64,000 bases of DNA from Aplysia californica (taxonomy: Eukaryota): positions 489,305 through 553,304 of the forward strand of contig NW_004797796.1 in the NCBI RefSeq assembly GCF_000002075.1, given 5' to 3'. Positions 1-10,588 of the stretch are shown here, in pieces. Made by a program: the position numbers and the translations under genes. The notes below the pieces were generated by a model. It worked only from the letters and a program-made list of their open reading frames with translations. It was not told the origin of the DNA and did not search any database. Position 1 is the stretch's first letter; each line of letters begins with the position of its first letter.

Positions 1-80
1 CAGGATAGAGAAAAGTGGGGGGTGTTTGTCCGTGGCCTATACCCTGGTGCAGGGTGAGAAAGGCAATGATGATGATGATG
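1..80 (+). mobile_element. 3' end of an RTE-clade LINE
   Basis: Reads QDREKWGVFVRGLYP, the typical RTE C-terminus, then a (GAT)n tail. Confidence 0.65.
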
Positions 81-305
81 AGGTTTTAGTCAATTTTACC
101 AAATTAATTCTAGTTTCTTTTATCGAATGTTACCCCAAGATTGCTCATTCGATTGTGTCTATGGTATGAGTATGACATAGCCTACGTCTCTCTCTGGAAT
201 AAAACTATCCTGTTCTCGGGTGCGGTTCAGCACCAGCAACTCTGTTAAACCTAAAAAAAAAAAGCAAAGAAAAAAAAAGTCAACGATTTATCTCCCTTAA
301 TGCTT

Positions 306-1529
306 CCAAAGAGGTAAATAATAGTACTAGAGGTCGCAGCTGGGACGTCACTCGCGTAAACTCACTATGGTTGAGTGGGCCCTCTCACTTCGCTTTGTCG
401 CCATTTTTGAGAGGATTAAGATGGATGGAGACATAGTGAGTAATTGAGTTTGTTAAGAAAAAGGAACATTTCATAATTACAAACTGGATTGCTTTTATGT
501 CATGTTGTCTACAATCTTTTTCTACTGATGCAAAGCCTAGGTTTTCATAGACTATGAAAGGGGGTTAAGACTTGGTCAATTATCTAATATATCAATTCGT
601 TATTGTCTCAAAATGAGCAATTAATTGTAGGCTGGGATACTGTAAATCACGCATTGTATAGATCCTGTGCGCATACCCAAAGAGTGTAGTTTGATATCGG
701 GTACAAATAATTATATGCTGACAACATTTTAAAATGCAACACTTAGATAAATAGCCAATTTATCTAGTGTCTAAAACGTTCACAATATTTTCTAAAATTG
801 GCGTTGATTGGTAATGGTGTTTGGCTACACAACACCCCATCTACCATGAACCACTGCTGCTGCACAAGCTGTTTGATAACAGTTTGGCATCGGTTCTGCA
901 AATGAGACAGAATTTTTTTGGGTGGGTAGTTACATCTGGTTGGCTACTTCATATTCACTCATCTCAACAACATCGACAGTGGTTCATTTCCGTTCAACCA
1001 GCCTTGTAGGTGTGCTAGAGTTGCAGCTGAAGCATATAGCAGCTTCTCAGTCGCATAATTGGTTCCCGGGGGCAGATACGAGGGCCTTTATTATTGTGGC
1101 CAGTGGTGCTAAATCTAGACATACTGTTTGAGCGACGCACAAAAAAAGATTTAATTAAAATTATGTTTTTTTAAATTTAACTGTTGATTATCAAGTCCAT
1201 TTCATTCATGTTTTCTGAATTTTACTCACCCATATTATGGTCTCACCGTGTAAAAGGTCCCATTTACATTATTTGGAGATTATTTGGCTCATTCCAAAAT
1301 TTAAAAAATCACAAAAATCCCAATGACAGTATATTTTAGCGATAGGCAAATCACATGAAAAAGAAATCGACATGAAAAGACTTCACAGAGTATCATTTAT
1401 CCGTGATTGAAAAGTGTTGCTTTTCACCGACAGGCTTTTTATTCCTCCCCGGAATGGCGGCGCGCCCCTCAAGCTTGATACTCGTGACGTCACAGCTAAG
1501 ACCTCTAGTTCTATTTACAACCTCTTTGG
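306..1529. mobile_element. Non-autonomous TIR DNA transposon, superfamily unassigned
   Basis: About 45 bp imperfect inverted repeats: ccaaagaggtaaataatagtactagaggtcgcagctgggacgtcac and gtgacgtcacagctaagacctctagttctatttacaacctctttgg. No clean TSD. Confidence 0.7.
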
Positions 1530-1589
1530 CCTCACCACTAAACTCCACTTTCTTTAGGCTGTAGGCCTAGAGGTCTTCGGCGCTTTTTC

Positions 1590-1827
1590 GGTAGTTCCCA
1601 CCCCGCAATTGTTATTCACGGGTTTTGGCCCCAAGAGTAGGGGGGTTTCTTGACCCCCTGACCTAACCAAAATAGGAAGGGGGGTTTCAGGGGGGCATGC
1701 CCCCCTGAATTTTACCACAATTTAATGTTTTGCTGTTGTTAGGTTTGATCTTAGCTCACCGCGAATCAAACGTATAAATCTAGATCTAGATGTAGGTCAG
1801 GCTCAAATAAGGGGGGTGGGAACTACC
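1590..1827. mobile_element. MITE, 15 bp TIR GGTAGTTCCCACCCC
   Basis: Perfect inverted 15-mer; internal G-run/catg/C-run hairpin. Confidence 0.6.
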
Positions 1828-2407
1828 AGATCTTCTTACTACTCAGATCTAGGCTATTCTTTCACTCATCACTCAAGCGACGGCACCAAGCAGCCGAGCA
1901 CCTGCCCGCAATTGGCCTAGCTTTCCAGTCTAGTCAACTAAACAGTTGACAAGACGAGTCACACGAGGACACACATTACGACTGTCCTGTAACTAGATAT
2001 ATCTAGGCCAGGCCTAGCCTGAATGCTAGAACCAGAGAGGGTTTACAGTCTACGCCACGCTGTATTTCAAGTACGTTAGGTCAGTAAAACATCTTTTTGT
2101 AATCACAGTTTCAGACACTACTAAATTTAACTGGCCTGTAGGCTAGGCTAAGCCAAGCGTAAAGTCTATCGTTCGGGAGATTTACAATGAAGCAAAGTTT
2201 AAATCTAATCTGGTAATTCGTCGCTTTGAGTTTGAGGAACTGGCCCTCGTGTGTTCTCTCAGTCTAGGCCTAGACTAATAAACTATGTCACCGTGCCCAT
2301 CCTGTCTCTGATTGAAGCGCATAAATAGGCCTAGGCCCTTGGATTCGATGCTGAAGCGTGAACTTGAGTTGAAAGTTGAAAGAGCGTAGATAAATAGATT
2401 TTCTGGG

Positions 2408-2621
2408 AAGATTGAAGAATACCGGACCACTCGAACATTATTGCGCGAGAAAGTGGGGTAGGGGTTCAGGGGGGTCTCCCCCCTGACAAAATTTTAATGA
2501 ATAGATCTAGGCTACCGGTCCGAGATTCTCCATTGAGAGATATTAAAAACAGGAAAATTATGAATTCCTAAGGTTGAGACATAGGCAAAGTCAGTCCGCT
2601 GGTCCGGTATTCTTCAATCTT
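2408..2621. mobile_element. MITE, 22 bp TIR AAGATTGAAGAATACCGGACCA
   Basis: Perfect inverted 22-mer; internal G-run/C-run hairpin. Confidence 0.7.
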
Positions 2622-2879
2622 ACCCCCATCATTAGTAGATTACATGATTCACTAGATATATCTACATGCATGTAGATTTCTAGATCTATGTGATTTTGAT
2701 CAAACTCATTGTAGATCTCTGCTCTAAATCCTAGGCCTAACTTGCCCAGAGATAGCCTAGAATCTGGTATAAAAACAATTTTAAGGCTTTCCAAGAACAC
2801 AACCTGTCTAGAATCTAGATCTATATATCTAGGCCCTAGACCATGCAGCTGTTGCAGAGCGGAAAATTGAATGCTAATT

Positions 2880-3135
2880 AAAATTACACATGCTAATGGC
2901 AGTTAAACGGAACGAAATGGAAACGTGTCTTTCCAGCTCGCGATTCCTACCGAGCTCGAACCGTCAGTCCCAATGGGGCAATAATAATATAAATTCTGTT
3001 GACACGGCAAGTTCAGCAAGTTCCCCGACTGTTCGTCGCTTTTAGTTTTTGACACTCCACAGTTCAATTTGAGACTTGGGCACTTAAAATTTACTGGATT
3101 CTCTTGCCTTTTAGACAGTGCAAGAGAAGGTACGT
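2880..3135 (+). promoter_or_regulatory. Putative promoter and non-coding first exon of the ACSM gene (donor AAG|GTACGT at 3129/3130)
   Basis: CpG-retaining stretch ending in a strong donor. Coding exon 1 has an acceptor only 5 nt before its ATG, so an upstream UTR exon is needed. TSS not determined. Confidence 0.5.
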
Positions 3136-5889
3136 CATGTTGTAAAATATAATATCAATAAAAGCCCAGCAGATTAATTGGCCGCTGATTGAGGGTTCTT
3201 TAGTGATGTACAGATCTATCTAGGCTATATCTAGATCTAGATTCTAGATATGATTAGAGCAAGATAGGCCTAGAAGACAGCATTTTTTCTTTTCAGACTA
3301 AAAAGGACATATCCTGATGACTCTTGTTCCAGATCAGTGCAGTGAAACAAAATTTGAGTTTTGGCCACTGATGATTTAATCTCCCGATTCCCATGCTCTA
3401 GCCTTAATCTAGAGTCTAGATGTAGATCTAGATCATCTCCTCCTCCATTCCATGAATATCACCTTGTTTGTGACCTTTTACCAGGATGTTGCATCCTTTA
3501 GCTTTGCAACCTATGACAGTATTGTAGAAGTAGAAATAGAAGTAGATAGGCAAATTGTTCTTTTGCTTTTAAGAAAGATGACAGTATTTTGCACTGTTTT
3601 GGCCATCCTATATAATGTTATGTCGTATATATGATCGCGCCTGCTGTGGCTTACCTCTTTATTGGCTGTGGTCTTCTGCTGTTGTTTGTTGTTCCGAGGT
3701 TCCTTGGTTGGTCCTTGTATACCCTTTTTTTTTGTATTCTTGCATCCTACATGATGGAGAGAAGCTGTCTGAATCTGGGTTGCATGAAGTGTGTAAAAAT
3801 ACTGTCGGAGCTTTATTTCTTCACAGTACTCTGTTGGTAATCTTATCGGGCTCATGCCATTTATTTTAAGAAGTTTTCTGCAGAGTATCTTTTTAAAGTT
3901 GCTGGGCTTTTTCACCTGGTGTGAAAGTTAGGGGAGAACGGGGAGGCTTCAGACACCCTTTACGTTTGGCTCCAATGCTTGCTTCACATTATAAAAGCTT
4001 TTAAGAAAAAGAACCTTTATTATAAGCCATTTGTGATCAGCACTTGCGATTATCAGCTTCGTGTATCATCATGCTTTACCTCTAGAGTACCCTGAAGGTA
4101 TCCGAAATCACCCTACTCTGCGAGAGACATCAGACGAACGTGAGGGAAACTTCGAATGAAGAGGGGTGACCTCGGACAGTGTGTCTCATGTCTCAAATAT
4201 TATTTCTGAGAGGCAAAACTTCGACACAGCATGATCTGTACTTTTACCTTTTGTTTGCAATATGAAATTGTGTTCAGACTCAGGGGAATTAGTAGAACCC
4301 AGTGATCAAACCATATCAGTCCGTTTTTGTACACCTCTGCACATGTTGACCTGAATCTTTTCTTTTTATTGTAAAACAGAACTACTCAGTATTTTAATGA
4401 TGTCCCAAATAACAAGCTAGTTTTTGCAGTGATAGTCAGAGATGAAAAGTATTCGTTTCCATGTTAGTTTCCTAGTGTTTCAACTTCTGGATTTTGTGAG
4501 AGCACAGCATTAATGAAGGTGCTCCATTTACTAAGCTATAATTATTGCTGTTTCTCTCTGAACGATGCCTTTTGGTTCGAATCTAGGTATATCTGTTCCT
4601 GAATATGGGCTGTTTGTAGGGTTTTTAATGGTTTTCATGGCTTCTTGTCACATCCTGATGGAGAGGGACATAAAATCAGAGATCCACCTTCTCAAATGAC
4701 CTGACAGTTGTAGTGTTTCGGGAGGTGTACATCGGCCAAATCAAAACAGATAAAAGGGAAACAAAATATATCGTCGGCCTGGTGATAAAACCGACTAACC
4801 CACAAAATATTTAAAAAAATTTTTATTGGCCCTCTCGATAGTAAATTGTCCATTTCATATGCTCACTCAAAGACAGATGTGAATTTTGTCTAGAAATGTA
4901 TTTAAAACATTAGAAATAAAACCATATAACCCGGCACCCATCAGATTTTAGCCCGATAATTCCGACTATCCCACCTGCGAGGGACGGAATGAGGGTTGGC
5001 TGTTTTTATCGCGCTAACAATGAGGGGCCACTTGCTACGTTACCGACTAACCCCGGCTTCGACTCCTCTCTGGACTACGTTTGATATCAGATTCAGACCT
5101 GCAATAGTTTAGAATTTGCTCACATAACCGTGGGAGCTCTCCAAAAAGGAATATTTGTGTAATATTTCTTGTTGGTTTCATTGGGGAATTATATAGATCT
5201 GGATGTTTCTTCATTTTTCTTCGTTTTAATGCTGCTGATAATGTAATTAATGACTAAAACTCCCCACTGTTCCCACAGAACTGTTTATCTCGTGACAATT
5301 CCGGTATTTGAAATGCATCTTTATGGATTTTGTTTTCTATGAAACTATGTTTTCTGTCTGCGTGTTTTTCTTTGTCTTTGCACTCGAAATTCACCGATTG
5401 TGAAGGCATTTCCCCTTTTCGGACTACTGTCTCTTCTCCTAATCATTTTTCCTTCACAATTGAGTGGACGAAGTAGATAGCATTTCCTCCTTTACTAACT
5501 CACTCAAAAAAATAATAAAATTATGCTACCTGTCCAGCACACCGTCTGCCCCCAACGATCTTTTTTTTTAAAGCGCTTTTTCTTTTTTTTCATTTGCTGT
5601 GTTTATTGCAGTCATTACCTTCTGAAACATCGTTCGACTTTCTTTGAAAGTTCATTTCGTTTGTGTTTTGAGTAGATTATTTTCTCAGTGTCAAAACATA
5701 ATGCTTTATTTTTATATCAAACCTTAGCTTACATAACGCTATAACATTCAATAAGATGATGCCACTTTTGCTGCGTCACCTCTTACCCTCAGCGCAGTGG
5801 AAAGTGATCAATGTGACCAGGCTAATGTCACATCAGCTGATAATACAACAGTTATGTTACCTTTGATCTCTGCGAAAAGGACACAGCAT

Positions 5890-7470
5890 GAAAACGATAG
5901 GAAGGGTAACAAAAGGAAGAGGTTGAAAGAACTGGGGATGCCTCTAGCCATGTCAAGGCACGAAGCGAGCAGGATGTGAACTTGACGTCCTTTGCAGTTG
6001 TAAACTGGTTGGTACAAAATGCAATGACATCACTGGTCACTCTCTTGGAAAGAAAAGAGAGCCCACGTATATGCCACTATAAACATGATAGACAAAAAGA
6101 GATTTTACCCAGCAAGGGAAAACCCAAGGAGAAATTACAGCCTTCAATACCACTTACAAGAGCCAAAGGTCAAAGAACACCTGTTTGTAAAACAATCTTT
6201 AAGAACACCGCAGGCCTGACCCACTGGTTTATTTAAAGTATCTTCTCCAAAAAAACCCCACAAAAAACGAGAGGTCCACCCCCCCCCCCCCCTTCCTGAA
6301 CACATCACACCCACCATGAGAGAGCCAAGGATGACAAGTTGTTCCATAAAGAGGAATTTTTTGACAAACTTTCGAAGATATCCTCCTGTCTACAGATGGC
6401 AATCCAGACAACGTCAGATCTGCATCAAGTATACAAGGAGAACTTTGCAGAGAGGGTGAAAGCCACATTGAGCTATCAAGTGGTCTGCCAAAAGTTCAAG
6501 AAAAACAAGTTGGGTTTACTTTCAACCAAGAAAGACCAGTGCGACATTTGTACAAAGTTCAAATCTGGAAACCTCACAGAAACAGAACACACAGCTCAAA
6601 TATGAATATGAGGAAAGCTGCAGCTAGACCAGAAAAGGAGAAGGACAGGGAGGCTGTGTGTGTCCTTTGTATGGAGATCCAGTGCGTCCTTCTGGCCCCA
6701 TCACTAAAGACTTCCACCTTATATAAAACAAAACTGGCTGTACACAATGTTACGACTTATGATCTTGCCACCAGAGACGCCAGATGATATGTCTGGTATG
6801 AAAGTGAAGTTGGTCTGGGCTTCAACAGTTTTCATCATGTCTCACTCACTAACTGATATTGCAAGTGACTGACTTCAACCACTTCATCATCTGCAGTGAT
6901 TGGCGCAACTACTAAAACAGAAAGCCACCCTGGTGAGTGCAATGGCCTCGCTGGCCGAAGAGCTTGACATCACAGTTGAGCAGAAATTCTCCCCAAGGGC
7001 CATACCCAAATGGAAGTGGATTCAGTCCGTGGCACTATTGAGCGATCGCTAAAAAACGGCCTGATGTACATCCCAATGGACTACGTGAACATCATGCTCA
7101 AAGCCAGACGCATCCCCAGGCCCTAGGAAGTTATGTACCTGGACCACAGCTTTTTCAAAGATTTCGCAAAGGTCGGAGAGCACTAAACAATCAGTCCAAG
7201 GAGAAAGGCAGGCGATCCTACTGCCACTGACTTGCAGGCATCAAAGTACACTCCAGTCTTTAAAATAAAATTCAGTGCAAGCTGAACTTTGATGATGGAT
7301 GGCAGGCGCTGCAAGGACCAAGAAAGCTGAACACCATGTGTACGACGGTTACTGCTGGACCTCTCTGCAAAGACAGATTGAAGATAACTGCCAACCAGTA
7401 TAAACATCTACTGGAGTTGAAGGCTGTCGTACCACGATGCTACCACAATTACAATGAATATTTGCCTCAG
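5890..7470 (+). pseudogene. Sola1 transposase pseudogene
   Basis: Frameshifted remnants: KKDQCDIC, MEIQCVLLAP...KTKLAVHNVTTYD, WYESE, ICSD, GHTQMEVDSV...IER, YIPMDY. These match the Sola1 DDD transposase pattern, with stops. Confidence 0.8.
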
Positions 7471-7862
7471 TAAGAAGTTTTGAAAGCGATCAAGCCAAAT
7501 TTGATTATTGTAGAGTCTTGCAAAACAATGGTAACTTTTGTCGTATTGCCTTGTTGTAGCCATAGGACACAGAGTGAGACAGACATGCTCTTCTTTCGTT
7601 GAGAGAACTCAATAAAGTAGTAGTTGTCAAGCCACGCACCTTGGAGAAAGCTGGCGCATTCTTTGGTACTCACAAAGTATTTTTTGTATAATAATGACAT
7701 ATCATTAAGTAACCAACTTCTCCCAAACCATTGGTGAGGTAGTGGAGCTTTTGTGTGGCTTTCTGCTTTCATTTCTTTCTTAGTATTACCTTTTTCCAGG
7801 CCTTTGAATGGCCACCCAGTGCCAATAGTACCGTGTCAGACACGGTCATAAATTCTAAAGGC

Positions 7863-7940
7863 CTACTGCTGCTGCTGCTACTACTGTTGTTTTTGTTGTT
7901 GTTGTAGTTGTTGTTTTTGTAGTTGTTGCTGTAGCTGCTC
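7863..7940 (+). repeat. Mixed (CTG)/(TTG) trinucleotide microsatellite
   Basis: Direct observation. Confidence 0.8.
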
Positions 7941-10348
7941 TCCCTTACCCTTCCAACCTCCTGTTCTTCTACTTTAAATGTAATTAATATACCCATTGCT
8001 GTGTTCTGCTTCTTCTACTTTTATTAAAGGTTCATTTTTGTGACTGCTGTTTTTGCCCGAATTGACTCCGTAACACTGAAATGGCAGCAGCTGATACTAT
8101 GATAGTATGTTGGTAGCAATAATATANNNNNNNNNNNNNNNNNNNNNNNNNNNNNNNNNNNNNNNNNNNNNNNNNNNNNNNNNNNNNNNNNNNNNNNNNN
8201 NNNNNNNNNNNNNNNNNNNNNNNNNNNNNNNNNNNNNNNNNNNNNNNNNNNNNNNNNNNNNNNNNNNNNNNNNNNNNNNNNNNNNNNNNNNTGACGATTG
8301 AAGCAAGTGATCAAATACGTTACCATCAAGTGTGGCTTGGCTGCACTCAACCAAACTCAAGGCCAGCAGTGGTTTCCTGATAAAACCGGTCAACCCACAA
8401 AATTGAGGGTTGGTCGGTTTTATCCAGGAAAATTTGAGCGACATAACCGTCTAACCCACACAGTTTCATTAAAAGCAATTTTTAAAGGAAAAAATAGTCT
8501 ACAGATTTTCGCTAAAGTGTTTTTATAGGTGTTTAAAGCATTGATTTATCGTTAGATGCCTTTGTTTTGAAATAAAACAGTTTTTTCCTTCTCCTGTAAA
8601 ATTTACCTCGCTGGGGTTAGTCGGTTTTATCACAAGGCCGACGATATGCAGATTAAAAACCGTAGATCCGAAATTTTTTTTTCGAAAGTGCTTCTTGTGT
8701 TGCTCTTCGAGCTTTTGAAGATGAAATTCAAAAGCAGTGGAGAGACTTCAAAGCGAACAGAAACATATTAACGGATGCCATTTTAACGCCAAACTTATAG
8801 GATCCTGAGCTTTTTTACCTCTTTGTTGAGTCTCAAATCGGAGGAGGAATAACTGGTCTCATTGTACAAGGGCCAAATCTTCCACAGTTGTATAGATGAA
8901 AGAATTGCTTTCATATTAGATTTTCTTGTAGGGAAGAAGCTCAAAGTCATCCTCTTTGTCTTACTCTGACGCCATTTTCCCAAAGAAGTGACACACTTTC
9001 CTATAATCCCAGGTTCAATGACCACAAATTTACGTTCTTCAGGTTCCATGGGAAGGGTGCCACTTTCGAACCAAAACCCAGACAGCCTGTCTTTTTGGGG
9101 TAGATTTTGTTCATATGCGATGTTTCTGGTATAATTATAATATTCTCCATGATATTAATATAGAGGTGTGAAAACTTAGATACACCCTTGTCAAAAATAC
9201 AACTTTCTTCACAGCAGATGAAAGATTTTGCTCAGTGAGGTGGCAAAAACACAGCAAGCTAAACCTTAAAATGAAGCATTATGTGATCCAGTAACAAAAT
9301 GTGCACTGTCAATAGTTTAGCGAGAATTGACGTGTCCGAAGTCTCACCATGTCTGAGGCCTCCCTGCTCTTCCCCTATATGCTGTCTATTTCTAACTCAG
9401 GCACAGCAATGTGTTCAGAATGCATGCTTGGTACACTTTCATTTTGACTGATATAAAGATTCATATTATGAAAACACTAAAGTGCTGAAATTCTGATGTT
9501 TGACTTGATCAAAGACATTTTTTGTTGTTGATAATAGTGTTCAAGTATGTGATGTGTTTTGCAGCTTTGAGCTTTTCGTTGTCAATACTCTTCAAGTTTT
9601 CTGTAGATTCACTTTGGTAGAAAACTAACTTTTGTGACTATAACTAACTGTCAGGCCAAACCTTTTGCAGGTAGTGGAAATACTGTTCTTCTGATATAAG
9701 AAATGTTTTCTTTGAGTGAGTCAGAACCAATGCATCATTCTCAAGCAGTTCCTTAATGAGATCACATATTTTGAACTTCGTTTTTTCCTTTGATCTGAGG
9801 GCTAGATATATAGGCCTATTTATAAGGTTTGATAATGGTTTTGTATTTAATGTACTAGAACATATGTCAATTACCTATTTTGCTCTTCTTTCCCTGTTGG
9901 GTTTACTTTTGGTGAAATTGTGAACACATGAGCATTGATTCCAGGATCTCTGTTATACTAAGTGCACATTGCTAATCAAATTCATTTGATTGGGTTAGGG
10001 CCAGCCAGATTTTTTTCTCCATGGAAGAGTGAAACTACCATTTTGGAACTACTTAACTGAATTCGACTAAATTGGATTCAAAATCAAATGCATATTTGTT
10101 TTTTTTTAGGTTGCTAGTTGAATCTGTCATATGCTATTGTACCATAATGTCAGGTCATTGGCCAAGTCTTGCTTTCAAGCACAGGCTAATTTCTGAGTTA
10201 TTCGATAAAAACCTTTTTTTAAAACTCCTATTAACTCAAGGTCTTGAGTTCAAGTTCAATCTTGATTCCAATGTTTTTAGTCCAGAAGACTTTGCTAATT
10301 TTTATTTTATTTAACCATTTGTTGTGTACATATTTTTGTGCAGAAATC

Positions 10349-10588
10349 ATGAGAGTTTTACTGTCAAGAGTCTTCAACACTTGTCGTCTGAGTCAAGTGC
10401 TGTCGAAGAAAAATGTCGTTTCACTCAAGTTGTCACCATTGTCAGTGCAAGGCAAGCGATGGATTCAGCTTTGCACAACTTACCCTTTTGACAACTATGA
10501 ACTCGAGAGGAAGAACTTTCATCTTGATGTCCCAGAATATTTCAACTTTGCTCATGATTTCATAGATGGATGGGCAGCAGCTGAGCAG
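10349..10588 (+). CDS. ACSM coding exon 1 (MRVLLSRVF...GWAAAEQ); exon starts 10344
   Basis: Acceptor tttttgtgcag ends 10343, ATG 10349, donor CAG|GTATT, phase 0. The Arg/Lys/Ser/Leu-rich, acid-free N-terminus is followed by [13 protein letters not shown]. Confidence 0.9.

Larger units (their letters stand above)
4772..8643 (+). mobile_element. Sola1 DNA transposon, decayed autonomous copy
   Basis: About 30 bp TIR CGTCGGCCTGGTGATAAAACCGACTAACCC with ATAT (AWWT) TSD on both sides and subterminal CCGACTAACCC repeats. Confidence 0.85.
3931..9375. mobile_element. Tc1/mariner-pogo-like element (TA TSD) interrupted by Sola1
   Basis: TA|GGGGAGAACGGGGAGGCTTCAGACA ... TGTCTGAGGCCTCCCTGCTCTTCCCC|TA. 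Confidence 0.65.

Noticed and set aside
8795-9049. 84 aa ORF present twice (also 24962-25216) as a duplicated gene
   Set aside because: It lies inside a transposon and the duplicated segment B; no recognisable domain.
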